NCBI GenBank assembly: GCA_013239625.1
Contig: MU053561.1
Span: 4,757,214-4,821,213, forward strand
Direction: 5' to 3'
DNA from: Lama guanicoe
Taxonomy: Eukaryota
Length of the DNA stretch: 64,000 nucleotides
A program made the position numbers and the translations under genes. The notes under the pieces are model-generated. The model was not told the DNA's origin, did no database searches, and worked only from the letters and a program-made list of their open reading frames with translations. Below, one piece after another: positions 37,981 through 50,962 of this stretch (positions are counted from its first letter, which is position 1; the number at the start of each line of letters is the position of its first letter).

Positions 37981-38939
37981 CCACCATGCCCCTCAGCACC
38001 TGAAGTCACTATCACTTAAGTATGAATTTGTTTCTCTGGGACATTCTTCCATGTGAACTTAAGAGCTAGTGTTGGGGTGGGAGGGGTCTGTCTGTAATAA
38101 TTGTGTGCGTGGTCCTTGGTGTCCTCTGGGTCGGACACGAGTCAGAACAGCATCCACCACGTCAGGGATGCGGCATCTGCCTGGGCTTGGGGTCAGTGCC
38201 CGAAGGTCTACCAGGGCTGATGGTGTGGGTGCCAGCTGTGGAGGACTTGGAGGACTGCATCTGGGTCGGATTGGGGATGTGGGCGTGCGCTTGCAGTGCC
38301 TGGGATGCCACCTGTCTCCTGCTGCTTGCTCTGGACACTCAAGAAAGCTGCCTCCCCGGTGTGGTCAGTCCCTGGGCCAAGAGAGCTGCCCAGGGCTGTG
38401 CATAACCTTAGTGCCTTCTGTCCCCACCTGGCCCCACACCTTTTGGGCCTGTGGGAGGGAGAAGAGAACAAGCTGTTTGGAGAAGGCTGGGAAAAGCCCT
38501 GGAGGCAGCACCCGGTCTCAGGATGCTCCAGTGCTCCCAGGGCCCATGCCTGCTTTGCCTACCAAAGCCCTTTGGAGGGAAGAGGGGGTGGGCTGGCACC
38601 TAAGACCGAGTGACAGGGACAGGGGTGGGCAAGGGGGCTGAGTGGTGAAGGACACCGCAGGAGAATATGGTGAAGCAAGCCCTCATCACCATCGGCAGCG
38701 AGACCCCTGCCAGGATCCTCAGGGGAGGATCTGCTGGGAGGCTCTGGTGTTAAGAGTCCCTGGTTCCCTCAGAAACCAAGACAGGACAAAGAGGGAAGGA
38801 AGCTTTTGCCTGGGAGTGAAGAGGCTAGCCTGACAAGGTCTGTGTCTCTGCGTGTTGGGAGCTGCCCCTCCGTGTCTGCTCTCTGCTTTCCCCAGTAAGA
38901 GAGGCTCACCTGGTCATACGGCCCCAGACTCCCTCACTT

Positions 38940-39240
38940 GAAGCCAAGTACTACAAACAAGATGTGAGCTGAAATAACCTACCCTGTCTCGAGTCTTGCA
39001 CTTGAAAGGACTAAGTGTGTGCTCCCCGCTTCTCCCCTCCCTGTTTGCTGGGACATTGGCAAGAACCACATTCGCCACCTGGATGTCCAAGTGGAAACCA
39101 CGTGCTGCGGATGGCAGAGCTGCCCACCTGGGTCACCTGTCTGCTTCTGGACTGTTACCTGAGAGACAAGAAACTTCTGTCTTGTTTAAGCCCTCGGGTT
39201 TTCAGATCTGCATTACAGCAGTTTACCCTACACCCTAAGA
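38940..39240 (+). mobile_element. Old ERVL/MaLR-type LTR fragment
   Basis: 'tgagagacaagaaacttctgtcttgtttaagcc...ttacagcagtttaccctacaccctaa' resembles ERVL/MaLR LTR 3' ends. Family uncertain. Confidence 0.55.
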
Positions 39241-40916
39241 CGTGGTCTTCCTCTTGGAAAGGGGGCGTGGAGCAGGGGCAGTTGGTAGGGATGGTCTGAT
39301 GCTTTGAACCTGAGCCAGGCTGTCTGTACGAGGGCCTTGCCTCAGCTCTGGAGCTGGAATCCTCATTTTCACGGGCAAGACTTACTTGCCCTGCGCCAGG
39401 CATACAAACGTGATGCTGGCCGCGCTCACGGCCCCTGCAGGAGGGCAGCCCGAAGGAGGGCCCGCAGCTCCCTCCTCCCGGCTCCAACTCAGGGGACTCG
39501 GGTGCCCACCTGATGTCCAGTGCCTGAGCTGGACCCAGCTTGCAGAGCTAGGCTAAGCCAATCTGATCCTCCCTCTTGGACCGATGAAGTAACAGTCCGC
39601 CTGGCCAGTTATGCTGGAGCAGACACAGATAAAGCAGGCTGCAACCCTGACATGATGCAACGTGTCTCCCAAGGACATGCTGCAGCTGTAAAGCGTAGCC
39701 CCCTTCCTTGAGTACTGCGTTTCCACTCACTGAGAAACTTTTCCTCTAAAATCATAGATTACCAGCCATTTCACCGTTTGAGATTCTATCGGTGTGAATG
39801 AAACATCCCCTCTTGCCTGGAGGCTCTAAGTCACTTTGACACAGGGAGGCAGCCTGGGTTTTACAGCCCAGGTGCAGAGCTGCAGTTAAGGGCTTTCTGG
39901 ACACAACCATCCACAGCTCCTGGCTTTGCTGATTCTGAGGAAAGAGGCCCTGGTTCGCTTTGCTGCCCAGACCTGATTTGATCCCTTCCTGCTCAGCTTG
40001 GCTTTGCTGTGAGAACACTGCTCGTTTGAGTGTCACCTACACTCCACCTTTCCCCGCGTTCTCTAATAACTCATTTCTCCTGCATTTGGTAACCTGCCTC
40101 CCAGCTCCTCTGGTGTGAGCTCTCTTGCTGCCACAGGCCAACAAACCTACCGTTGTCAGGTCAGACCCAGGCTTGTCCCTGGTGGTCTTGGGCTGGTTGG
40201 TCTAAGAGAGGCATCTGACCTTGGGAATGTGGGTAGAATCAAGGTTCATGTGGTGGGGCGAGACCAAGGAGTCGAGTCAGGGCTTTGAGGAGTCTTGCCA
40301 GGCTGGAGTGAAGAGGAAACAAACTAAAAAGAGGCAGGAGCTACTGGAGAGAGAAGAGAGAAGCAGTAGCAGCAGTGAGTCTGAGTTTGAAGAACAGAGC
40401 AGACATGCAGAGATGCACTCCCGCCCACGGGAGAGGTGGGTGCTCGGCTGGCCCCGCGTGCTGCTCATCCTGGTGCAGCCCAGGGCTCCCAGTGTTGTGG
40501 ACCCAGGTTGTCTGTGAGGTTCTTATGACCCAGATAGCTTAGCCGAAGCCTGTCACCTCTCCCATGCTAGCAAAACTCAAGATGTGAGGCAGGCCAGATT
40601 CCAGACAGGGGCAAGGCTGGGTCCTCACACAACCTTGCCCAAAGCTCTTTCTGGAAGGCCCCATTCATTCATTCATTCAATCTGTGCATTAAATAGTATC
40701 CTAGAGAAAAGCTTTCTTAGCACAGACATTTCAAAATACTCGCACCATTTGAGAAAAATTGGTTTATCAGCCGGCGCCTTCACTGCCAGGAATGGCTCTA
40801 CTGAAAACCAGACCCAGACGTTAAATTAAGGAACTCAGGGGAAGGGAAGAGAAGGCCCAGCAAGGTGAGGCGTCCAGGAAGGTAGAAACTGGAGGGAGAA
40901 AGGAGGGAAGCCCCAG

Positions 40917-42150
40917 TGTCAGCAGACAGGGTAGGGCATCCCCGGAGAAAGAACCAGGCATGGCTTTTTCGACACAGGAAAAGTCGTTTTGTAATCTAAG
41001 CCTGGCCACAGTGCTTGCCCTTGAACAGGGCTCAGTGATGAACCGTCTTCAGGGAACAAAGGAAAGTAGGAACAAAGGAAAGCAGTTAAGAAACAATAGT
41101 TCAGTGACAAAACAGAGTCCCAGTTCCTCCTCAAGGGACACATTTAACACTCGGATACGGATCTTTGAGCTGTTCTGCAGGAACTCGGGCCCCCAGCCAG
41201 GGGGAGGATGGTAACTAGCGCTGAGACCCCAGACTGGTCAGAACCTAAGGGATGACGGTTTTGACCTTTTCTGACCCTTGTGACATCAATCAACTAAAGC
41301 TTGAACACTCAACCTTTGCCCCAATTCTATGCGAAATCTCTCTGCTCAAGCCCCGTTGAAGGAGAATTAATAAAATGGCCGCGTTTAGGCTAACAGATTG
41401 CTTATTCTTAACGCCTGCCCTTAAACCAGTCAACTGATCTGACTGACCGGTTGCTTCTCACAGCTCCAGGCCCACTGTTAAAATAAAGCTGTTAATTTTA
41501 CTGTTTCTGCTTTATTCCAATAATCAAAAATAATAATCATACTTGGTTTCTGAGTTGTTCTCCAGGGAGAAGGTCATGGAACTGTAACCTTACAAAATAG
41601 CCTGAATTACCAAGAAGACCACACCGTGGGCGCTCATGGGATAGATATCAGATCGAAAAAGTGACAGCCACTAGGCTCTACAGAACTGGTCAACTGGAGA
41701 CACCGTGACACGACTCTAAGTCTTATGACAAGAAAATGATTCTGTTCATTGTTATCAATGTTTCATTGTTTGAGTTATGGCTACACATCACCCCGCCCCA
41801 TCCCCAAGGTGGGTTCCGTTTTGAAGCCACTGGCTTGCTGGGAGTCCCTTGTGCCTGGCAAAGTTATAAAGCTGTCTCTTTTCTTCTAAGCTCTAAGACC
41901 ATGTCTCTAAGTTTCAATTTGGCTTGTCAGAGACGGGGGCCAATCTTCCGGCAGCACCTTCATGAGAATGCACATACCCTTAGCTTAAACTTGCCCAGAT
42001 TTGCTGGGGAGACGCTGCTTTGGGAACGATCCCCGGTGTTCTGCTTCCTCGCTGCAAGTAATAATAAATCCTTCCTTCTCCCCGTCTTGGGCTTGGTTGT
42101 GTCTTTTGGCTCAATCCCCACCCAGAGGTGAACCCAAGGTCACCCTCAAG
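40917..42150 (+). mobile_element. ERV1-like solo LTR (outer), split by a nested LTR
   Basis: TG start, tandem ggaacaaaggaaag repeat, AATAAA at ~42064, U5-like end; sequence is continuous across the nested element. Right boundary approximate. Confidence 0.65.
41354..41953 (+). mobile_element. Nested ~600-bp solo LTR
   Basis: (c/t)gttgaagg...ccggca termini; 4-bp TSD gccc (41350-41353) / gcac (41954-41957). Confidence 0.65.
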
Positions 42151-42683
42151 GCTCAGGAAGAGCACTGATTGCTCACTTGGAACATCCCAGGCAGCTTGTA
42201 GGTGACCTCACTGGTTTTGACCCAAGTGTGATGGGGACCTTTACCTGCACCCAATCCACAGCACGCTGAAGATAAACAACGTGCAGAGGCCTGTGGTCCT
42301 GCACAGAAAGCAGCATGGCCTCTAGGAAGTCAGGAGAGACCGGGAGGAGATGAGAAAAGGAGCGAGTCCCCGGGCAGCTCTGGGGAGTCAGCACAAGCAG
42401 ATGTAGGGGACATGCCCTGGGGCTGCCTGGACTCCCCGTGGGCCCCACTCACTCCCTCCTGTGTCCCTTTCCCCTGTGAATGGTTCTTTTTTAATAGCAC
42501 TACACATAGGTTCTCTGGGCACTATGTAGCTCCTAGCTTATTCTGACTCTCAAATATTTTCCTTTTTTGGTGACACATCTTCAGAAGTGTAACCTAGTAG
42601 TTAAAAGCGCGGGCTCAGAGCCAGATGACAGGGGTTGAAGCCTAGCTCTGTTGAGCATGGGGCAAGTCACTTATTTCTCTGCC

Positions 42684-43248
42684 TGTTGCTGAACCCAAGT
42701 CCATGTGCCTGGCACACAGTGAGGCTGAACAAACCAAAACGGAGTTTGGAGCAGAGGAAGGTCTCTCTCAGGGCTGAGCAAGGAGAGTGGGTGGCTTGTG
42801 CTCAAAACTCCCTGATGGTTTTCAGGGAAGGGATTTAAAGGCAACAACTGGGGTGAGGGTTGCAGGAGCATGCAGGATTAGCTGGAGGTGAGGTGACAGG
42901 GTGGTGTTCCAAAAATCTCAGCATCAGCCTTCTGACTCCAACCTGGGGTCTACACGCTCATGCTCAGTTTGACCTCCACCTGGGTGGGGGCCTTAGTTCC
43001 TACAGAACAACCCAAAGATCTGAGTCTGATCCTTACGTATACCCCTAGGGCTGTTTTTCATCACTGAACTATTGTTTGACTGCTTTTCTTTTGTTTCTGC
43101 ATTCCCTCACTTTCCTGATTAGTATCTGCTTAAGTCTGCTCTTTGGAACTCAGGCCTAGGAGACTAAAGGCTTTTTCTACAAAAGAGAAACAGGGGCCAA
43201 GGGGGGGCTTTTGTATCCAGGAGGGTCCCATAGGGTCCTGCTGTTTCA
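42684..43248 (-). mobile_element. ERV1 solo LTR inserted into a MIR (MIR halves ~42592-42683 and ~43249-43370)
   Basis: tg...ca termini; TSD tgcc/tgct; removing it restores the MIR core 'ttatttctctgc.tcagc...ctgtaaaacaggaataat'. Confidence 0.8.
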
Positions 43249-43649
43249 TGCTTCAGCATCCCCCTCTGTAAAACAGGAATAATGGTAATAGTATGTGCCT
43301 CATAGGGTCCGGATGAGAATTTCATGAGTAAAAACAGTGGCTGGTACATAGGAGTCACTCAGCAAACGTTTTGTGCCATTCTTAGATAAATTGTACTCAT
43401 TCTGTACCCTCAGTTGTAGAGATGTCCTAAAAGCTACTTCTTTTTAATTAAAGCACATATTATAATAACCAGGGGGCTAAGGGATTGTGCTGTTGGGAGT
43501 TTCTCAGCGGTGTGTAAGCCCCACCTGCCCTGGGGCTGTGGTCGCCCTCCAGACTGAACTGGCTCAGCCAGCCCCACCCGGTGGGTCACTCAGGCCATCC
43601 TGACCGATGGTGGCACTCAGGGTCCCTCTGAGGGACGGGCCTGGGAGAG

Positions 43650-44083
43650 CGTTACCGAACCGAACTTGGGACCGCTTGCCCGCACGCAGGGAAGCCCATC
43701 TATTGACACTGGGTCGTGGTGAAGGAAAGTGCAGCGTTTACTGCAGGGCGCCCAGCAAGGAGTGCAGGGCAGCTAGAGCTCAAAACACCTGAGCTCCCCG
43801 ATGGGTTTCAGGGAAGCACTTCTAAAGGCCTGGTGAGGGGTGTGTGATCAGCCTGTTCACAGTTCTGACTGGTTGTTGGTGAGGTAACAGGGCGGTGTCA
43901 CGGGGCTTAACATGGTCAGTCCTCATGCGCCTTAGTCTGGGGGCCACGTGCTCATGGTCATCAAGTAGCTTTAGCATCTGTGCATCGGTCAGTGTCATCC
44001 AGGTCCTTCAAAGAGAAGCCACAGCACAGGATCTGGGGAGGGGTCTGACACAGGAAGGCCCCCTAGGGTCCTGCTTGGTTACA
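43650..44083 (-). mobile_element. ERV1 solo LTR, same family as 60690-61163
   Basis: Reverse complement starts TGTAACCAAGCAGGACCCTAGGGGGCCTTCC and ends GTTCGGTTCGGTAACG; TSD agag/aggg. Confidence 0.8.
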
Positions 44084-45644
44084 AGGGGAGGAGATAGGCA
44101 GCATCCACAGGCTTCCTGAAGTTCGAGTGAGGAAGGAGGTCTGTGTAACCTGAGACCTGCGTCACCCCGCAAGCCAGAGGTTCGTTCTGTGTAAAGAACA
44201 CAGTAGACGCAGTCTTACCTACTTCACAGGAAGGTCCTGAGGACAAAGAGGGAAAACTACATGAGCACTGAGACCAGGGATTAAAGGGTCAGCGTGGTGT
44301 AATCTCAGCTGTGGCCTTGCAGCCCTGCTGGCTTCCCTGGCTGCCTGGGCTCCCAGGAGGGGTTGGGCTGTGAGCGGGGACTCTGATGTGCAGAAACCTC
44401 GGGATGAAGCGGGGGGCCGGGAGGATGCTCTGAGCTCCTGCAGACCACGGACTCCCGAGGGCTGGGAGGACCAGCCCAAGACAGCTTCCTGGAAAAGGTG
44501 GAATGAGCCTGGGGGCTAAAGCGTCTGCCCCACAGAGGAAGACTTCCTCCAGGGGAGGCCAGGGGTGCTGCAACAAGTTAGCACCTGGCTGCTTCAGGAG
44601 AGCTGGGCCCCAGGGCTGAGAGCAGGGACGCCCCTGTGGCCAGAGCACCGCAGGAATGCAGCCAGGCAAGGGGCCATCACAAATCCCTGCTCGGCCTGTC
44701 CTGGCTCAGCCTGGAGGGGACACTCTGTGCCCAGCCCACGAGATGGGCCACCCCCTCAGGGCAGTCAGTCAGGCATGGCCTGGGGGACACAGAACGCGCC
44801 CCTCAAGAGCCCCTGGGAACCTTGCCTGGGGGCCTGACACCTTGAGGACTGGCCCCTGGCCCCTAGGCTCCCAGCCTCCTCCTCAAAGCCTCCCGCCTTT
44901 CAGAGTTTAGGACACTAGTCAGGTACAGGTGCAGGGGAACCCTCTCTTGAGGACAAAATAACCGAAGCAGCTTTGACAAAGAGCACTTCCGAAGCCGAGG
45001 GAAAAACTGAGACGGTGCCTGATGCAAGGCGTTATGTAAATGCAGCACATTAGAGCAATTACACTTGTCAGAGAAACACAAACGGGCAAAATGTTTTTGA
45101 AAGCCACCTGATTTAAGTCTTTGAACCACTCACAGGCACCAGCCAAATGCAAACAGCATCAGTTCTTAGAATCTGTGCGCTTCCCTGTACTTGTGAGACT
45201 TATTATGTAAGGCTTCCCAGAAACTCCAGTCTTTCCACTCCCTGTAATAAAATGACAATTTTTGTAATTAATCTGATCATTACAGTGGATTTATTTATTG
45301 TATTTCAAAGCCCTAAGTGTGACATCTGGGGGAAAGAAAATAAAGGAATCTAGGGGCTCCCCCGCAGGAAATGAGGATTGTGAGACGGGAGGTGGGGGTT
45401 CATGTCGTAAGTGGCAGAGATGGGGCAGCACCCGGAGTGTAGCCACGGCCACCACTCATGCCGCCCAGGGACGCCTTCCTGCAGGTCTGACCGCTCAAAT
45501 ACTAGTTCTCATAAGTAATTCTCAGGTCAGACTGCCCGGTTTTAGGCGTGGAAAATCTGGCTCCTGAGAAGGGGTTAGTTGCTCATGAGGAGAGGGAGGG
45601 GCAGAGCTCAGAACTGGCCAGGGCGGAAACCCCTTATCTTGGCT

Positions 45645-46245
45645 AGTGAGGGTTTTTCCTGATCGAATTCATGCAGCCAGTAATGAAGCCCATGCTAAGA
45701 CTGGACCAGCACAAGTTTTGTTCAATGGCCAAAGAACGGAAAAGTGGGAACCTAGCTCGCAAATCAGAGTACTCAGAACTGCGATCAGAACTGAGCCAGA
45801 GTCAACACAAGGTCGATGAGGACTGTCACAGATAGACCAAGACCAGATCTCTATCTGTCTCTATCCGTCTCTATCCCCGAAAACCAGTTCACCGTGGCCA
45901 CTGCAGACATGGATAACTGCAGGGACCTGAACTCGGTCTTCCTGAAATCAACTGCTCTGCCTACTTTGGGCGGAGACACCAAATACATAGGAGGGTCAAG
46001 GTAAAAGGGGGAATTTGAAAGAGTGGAAGGAATATTTGTGAGTTATTGGAGATCAGGGGTGTGGTTTGGGCCCGGAGCTGATGCACCCCTCCTTTTAGTC
46101 CTTGTATGGGCTTGCCGGGTTGTTGTCATGGCAACTGTCAACTGTCATGGCCTCTGTGGGTGTGCCACTTGGCAGCTAGTGCATTACAATGAGCATATAA
46201 TGAGGCTCGAGGTCCACTGGAAGTCAAATCTTCCACCACCTTGCT
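45645..46245 (-). mobile_element. ERV1-like LTR remnant
   Basis: 'ttgtcatggcaactgtcaactgtcatggc...cattacaatgagcatataatgag' resembles MER4-group LTRs. Boundaries approximate. Confidence 0.55.
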
Positions 46246-46334
46246 ATTTGAGGGAGGGGTAGGGGTACAATTTCTGGGGCGACAGCCTTGGTAAGAGAAA
46301 CACTCACTGTTTATCCCCAAACAGTGGGCAGTGG

Positions 46335-46493
46335 AGGGGAGGGGTATAGCTCAAGTGGTAGAGTGCATGTTTAGCATGCATGAGGTCCTGGGTTCAACCC
46401 CCAGTACCTCCTCTAAGAGTAAATACATAAGTAGATCTAATTACCTCCCCTCACCAAAAGAATAAATAAATTAAAAAACAACCAAAAAAAGAT
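46335..46493 (+). mobile_element. tRNA-Ala-derived SINE (Vic-1-like)
   Basis: gtatagctcaagtggtagagtgcatgtttagcatgcatgaggtcctgggttcaacccccagtacctcc plus A-rich tail; TSD agtgggcagtgg at 46323-46334 and 46494-46505. Confidence 0.9.
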
Positions 46494-47387
46494 AGTGGGC
46501 AGTGGCTCTTGCTTTCCTAACAATCACCACCCAGAACAACAGAGCTTCATGCGGCCTCCTCGGAGATTAGCTAGTCCAGCTGCCCGGTTTACAGCTCAGG
46601 AACCGCACCCGGGTTGGTGTGCTGCCCAGGTCACCCAGGTGGGGGCGGGACGAGGACCAGAACCTGCATCTCCAGACACCAGTCTCAAGAGCTGCCCCAT
46701 TTCTGCACCTGCTCCCACCCCAGCAGCTGTGGGGAAGGGTTTGGTACTCTCACCCGCACTCACCCAGGTGTCAATGTCTGTGACTGAAAGTGTCTGAGGA
46801 AAGGGCTGATAAGGACAGCAAGTGGGTTAGCAAAGGATTTAGGGAGGCAAAGGCCCAGGCATTGGAGATGGAGAGCCCGAATTCAGGTGCTGTTCACTAG
46901 CTGGGCGTGTCTTTCCAGCAGCAGTAATGATGCCCTCTGCAAATGTTTGCTCATCTTTAAAGAGGGAAACAAGATTTTTGTGAAGTCAAAATGAGATGTT
47001 TTTGAAGAATACTTTAAAACCTAGTCAGATATGAAAATACAAGATATTATTAACTAAAATTTTGAAAATAGCTGAGGGAGAAGTAATAGTTTAGACCCCC
47101 CCTCAGGGTAATCCTTTATCAGGAGCAGCCAAGATTCTTCTGGGCCAGGAAGTTCTCTGGGCAAGGGATCATCACACCACCACTATTATCATCACCATTT
47201 TCATTATTATCTGGGAGGAACTGCCACTAGGGATGCAAAATGGTTTCAATCTAAAAATCCCTGGGCTGCATGTTCAGGTAAGTGTATGATCTTGAAGCAA
47301 GGTGGCTGTCGTGGCCTTTTCAATCCTCATTACAACCCCGGGCTGTCTCAGCGAAGACTGGCGTCGGCGTCTCTCTTCTGAAGAGCA

Positions 47388-47407
47388 CTGGCGCCCTCTG
47401 GTGGACA
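47388..47407 (-). promoter_or_regulatory. Candidate CTCF binding site in a small CpG-rich patch
   Basis: Reverse complement TGTCCACCAGAGGGCGCCAG matches the CTCF core consensus CCASYAGRKGGCRS with no mismatch; CpGs are retained at 47330-47500. Confidence 0.7.
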
Positions 47408-50400
47408 CTGCTGAGAGAAACAGTGCAGCGCCCGGAGGCGCAGCGGCTGGGAGGCCGCTAGGGGCGCTGCGGATGGGCCGGACTGCTGGAGCCAAGTGAG
47501 GGCACACGTTAGGACAGTTACCAGGTACACGCAGTTAGGCAATTTTGTTGTTGCAGATCCGAGCTTCATTATTAGAACGATGTCATTTTTAGGATAGAAT
47601 TGATAGATTTTCTAAAATGGCTTTAATATGGCATAAAACTTTAATATGGCATAAAACTTGACTCAGCTGTCTGCCTATTTATCTGCAAAATGCATTTTGA
47701 AAGGAAATACACAAAAAGGATGCAGGACAGACACGAAAGTTGACAAAATATCCAAATAAAAATTCCTGACAGAACCACCTGAGACCTAGAAAGCATTTTA
47801 ATACTATCCTTCAAATGATTAAGAGGTTTAAGAGAAAGAGCACGTCTGTGTTTACAGAACCAATGGAAATCACACTGAATGCAGAACAACTGCAGAGATC
47901 TGCGTTTCCAACTTTTCCCACCGTGATTCTCCATCAAGGTAAACTGGCAGTTAGGTTTCTGTCTGTTGATGTGTTTATAATGGGGCCCTGTGTTTATAAT
48001 ACAGGGAGAACTTGCTAGTTTGGTCCTAATAATTTAAAACGTGCCATAATCTCTGATTATCAAGGCCTAAGTTCTCTTTGTTCCAGCAGTAGTAAAAGCG
48101 TTTGCTAAACAAATTAAACCTATGATCCCTTCACACTCAGATGTCTGTTCTTAAAGTCCCTGAATGCCTTGAGAGGGAGTTTGGAAGAAGCAAGAGGAGA
48201 GGGAAGAAGGTGTTGGCAGGTGGGGTGGGCAGGAAATCTTATGTCCCGCTGGGGCCTCCTCTCCTACGGTCGCTCACCGAATGTCCAGGGTGGGCTCTGG
48301 CGCTGGTGGGAGGCCATCACAGGGAGGATGTGGCCGCCCGTCCCTCCTGAAGGATGGGTGACTTCTGAGCTGCAGCAGAGCTGCAGTTCCTCCTGCAGAC
48401 TGAATACCCTGGGTGCAGGAGGGGAGGGGTCTCTTTCGGGTAAGGCCTGGCCCATCTTGACCCGTGGAGGCTCCTGGTGCTCACAGAAGTCTCTCTTGAT
48501 CTGCTCACTTCGCTCCTCCAGCAAGAAAAGAGGTGTCTTCTTGGGCAACTTTCCAGGGGTCAGAATCCAGGACCTGGACCCTGTACGAGGGCCTCACCCT
48601 CTGCTCCCAGCCCGTCCTCAGTTCCCTCCCCTATCCTTTCACCTGACCCACCCACAGAGGGCGCTGACCCCCCTTTCCGGCACAATAGGCCCTGATGGTC
48701 CAGAAACCAGAGCTCAAGTCTATGCCATCCACAAATTCCTTCCCTTTTTCGCCAGCAAAGGGAGAGCTGGGTCATTCCTTCCTGCCACTAGAGTGAGCTG
48801 AATCCTAAGGCATTCAGGAAAAGAAGTGAAAACAAGGTAGCTGATCTCCAAATTAAACTAAATTGAAATTTATACTAAGTAATACTATTGATAATAAAAG
48901 AAAACTTTATCAAATGTCTGCGATATACTGGGCACTTCTGATTCAGTATTTCTAATCCTTAGAACAGCCCAGCAAGTTAAGTTTTATTTTCTCTATTTCC
49001 TCCATGAGAAAACTGAGAATCAGAGATGTTAAATGCCTTGCCCAAAGCCGCACAGCTATAGATACCAATCAAAATAGGCAGGTTAGGCTGCAGTAATAAA
49101 TAACCCCCACGTTCCAGTGGCTTCTGACAAGCCAGTAATGGTTTATTTCTTGTAAACATTTCAAGTGCATCACTGACTTCTGCGTTGTCCTCGCCCTGAG
49201 GCCAGGACTGTTGGAGCTGCTGGCCTAGGGGCACTGCTGGGCGCTGAGTGCTGGGTGAGAGGCCAGAGAGCTCTGGGGGGTGCCTGCCAGCACCTGTGTG
49301 TGAGCCGCATGGGCACTGGCCCATAGCTCCCTGCCGTGATGGGAGCTCAGCCCCGCCAACCGCAGTCTACTCATGCCGGGGTCAGAAGCCAGGGGTGCTG
49401 CGTGTCAGCCCTACAGACAGGGACCCGGTGGGTCTATGCCCCCTCTCGCTCTGGGTCTCACTCACTCTCCACTTTCTCTCTCCCCTCCTTCCTTCCCTGT
49501 CTCTACATTTCTCTCTGCATCCTAATACAGCTCACAATTAGCCAAGCAATAAACACAAGTTCTCAGGGGGTCTCCCATTCATTCTCAATATTGCTAAGTA
49601 AAACTGACAATGGTTGAAAGTACACTTGATAGAATTTGGCACTGACTGAAAATTCACAGAACAAGTCTACTTGGGCAAGTTTATTAGATGTGATTAGGGA
49701 AAAAAAATGGTCATAAAAGAAAATTCACAATTACAGATACTCTAATAGGTAGAATATATGGATCACAAGGTGAAGAATCAACCTTATGATGTGAAATATA
49801 AATGGGAAAGAATGGTTGCCAATGAAATAATCTCAAGTTTATAAAAATGAAAAATGGAAAAAATTGGAAACAGTTCAGCTGCACAGTAGGGAAAATGCAT
49901 TATTAAGAAGTTAAATTGGATTCAAGGAGTCAGTGCTGATAATGCTTGCTCACTGAAAATCCAGTGTGTCCATCTTTGGTGACCTCTGTGTCCATGTTAG
50001 TGACTCTTCCTGGCCTATAGCCCCTGGTGGCTTCTGTGAATGTCACTGACCCCCTCTGTCCCTTACTTACATGCAGAACAACTCCAGTGCCACGAACCAG
50101 ACCTGGAGCTACACCTGTCTGTAGGCAATCTCTCTGTTGTCCACAGCCCAGTCTCTCTCCCCTTTCACAGATCACTTTCTTTCCCTCCCTTAAGTGCTTA
50201 CGTTGCCAAGGGCCCATCTCCAGCTCACTTCTCTTTCCATGTGCTCTTCCCGGGCAATTTCATACTGTCTCATGTATGTTATTACTGTTTTGTACTGAGA
50301 ACTCCAAAATTGATATCCTCAACTATAAACAGTCATGCTTTCACATAACAAAAAGGCTGGTTGACTTGAGCGAAAAAGGGAAATTTATTGGAAAGATAGG

Positions 50401-50734
50401 AAGTTTCTCAGGAATTGACCAGAAAGCTGAAGAGATTAGGCTTAGAAAATGAGCAGGTGGCGACAAGAAATCAGAAGCCAGAACCCCCACCAAAGTTGCA
50501 ACACTGGGGTGTCAGGTCAGGACCTACTGTCTCCTTGGGACACCACTGAGTTACCTGAGAGGTTCTAACTGCCCTGCCTCTTTGTGGCACTTGCCTGAGA
50601 GCTGGGCTACACTTAGGCCACCTGTTCACGCTCTGGCGGCCAGAGGGAGGGGAGCGCCAGCCTCTGGTCCTGGTGGGGGGAGGGGCCCTTCCTCTCACCG
50701 CCATCTGCACCGGGCAGATTCTGCAAACCTAGGA

Positions 50735-50815
50735 AGGGGGATCAGGGCCACGGAGCCCACAAAGCCCAAAATATTTACCAGCTGGTCCTTTACATGAAAG
50801 TGTGCTGACCTCTGC
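50735..50815. mobile_element. hAT-Charlie MITE fragment (MER58-like)
   Basis: 'cccacaaagcccaaaatatttaccagctggtcctttacatgaaagtgtgctgacctctg'. Confidence 0.65.
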
Positions 50816-50962
50816 TTTAGAGGTTGAACAGTCACAGACTTGAAGGTTGATCGGTCACAAGAATTTTCAGGCCAGGCTTGTGTTATCTTTGGCCCCCTGT
50901 CTGTTTGCTTCTGGTTAGTTCCAGGTGCAAGTACCAACAGCCAACTCTCTTGTCTAGACAGA

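Noticed and set aside
38069..38641. 190-aa ORF with several overlapping ORFs
   Set aside because: GC-rich sequence open in many frames on both strands, non-ATG start, no recognisable domain or splice structure.
47330..47500. CpG-island promoter of an unannotated gene
   Set aside because: Too short, with no convincing downstream exon chain; a CTCF site explains it better.
48169..48801. 210-aa ORF, the longest in the window
   Set aside because: TTG start, G/P/S/R-rich composition expected from GC-rich non-coding DNA, no homology recognised.
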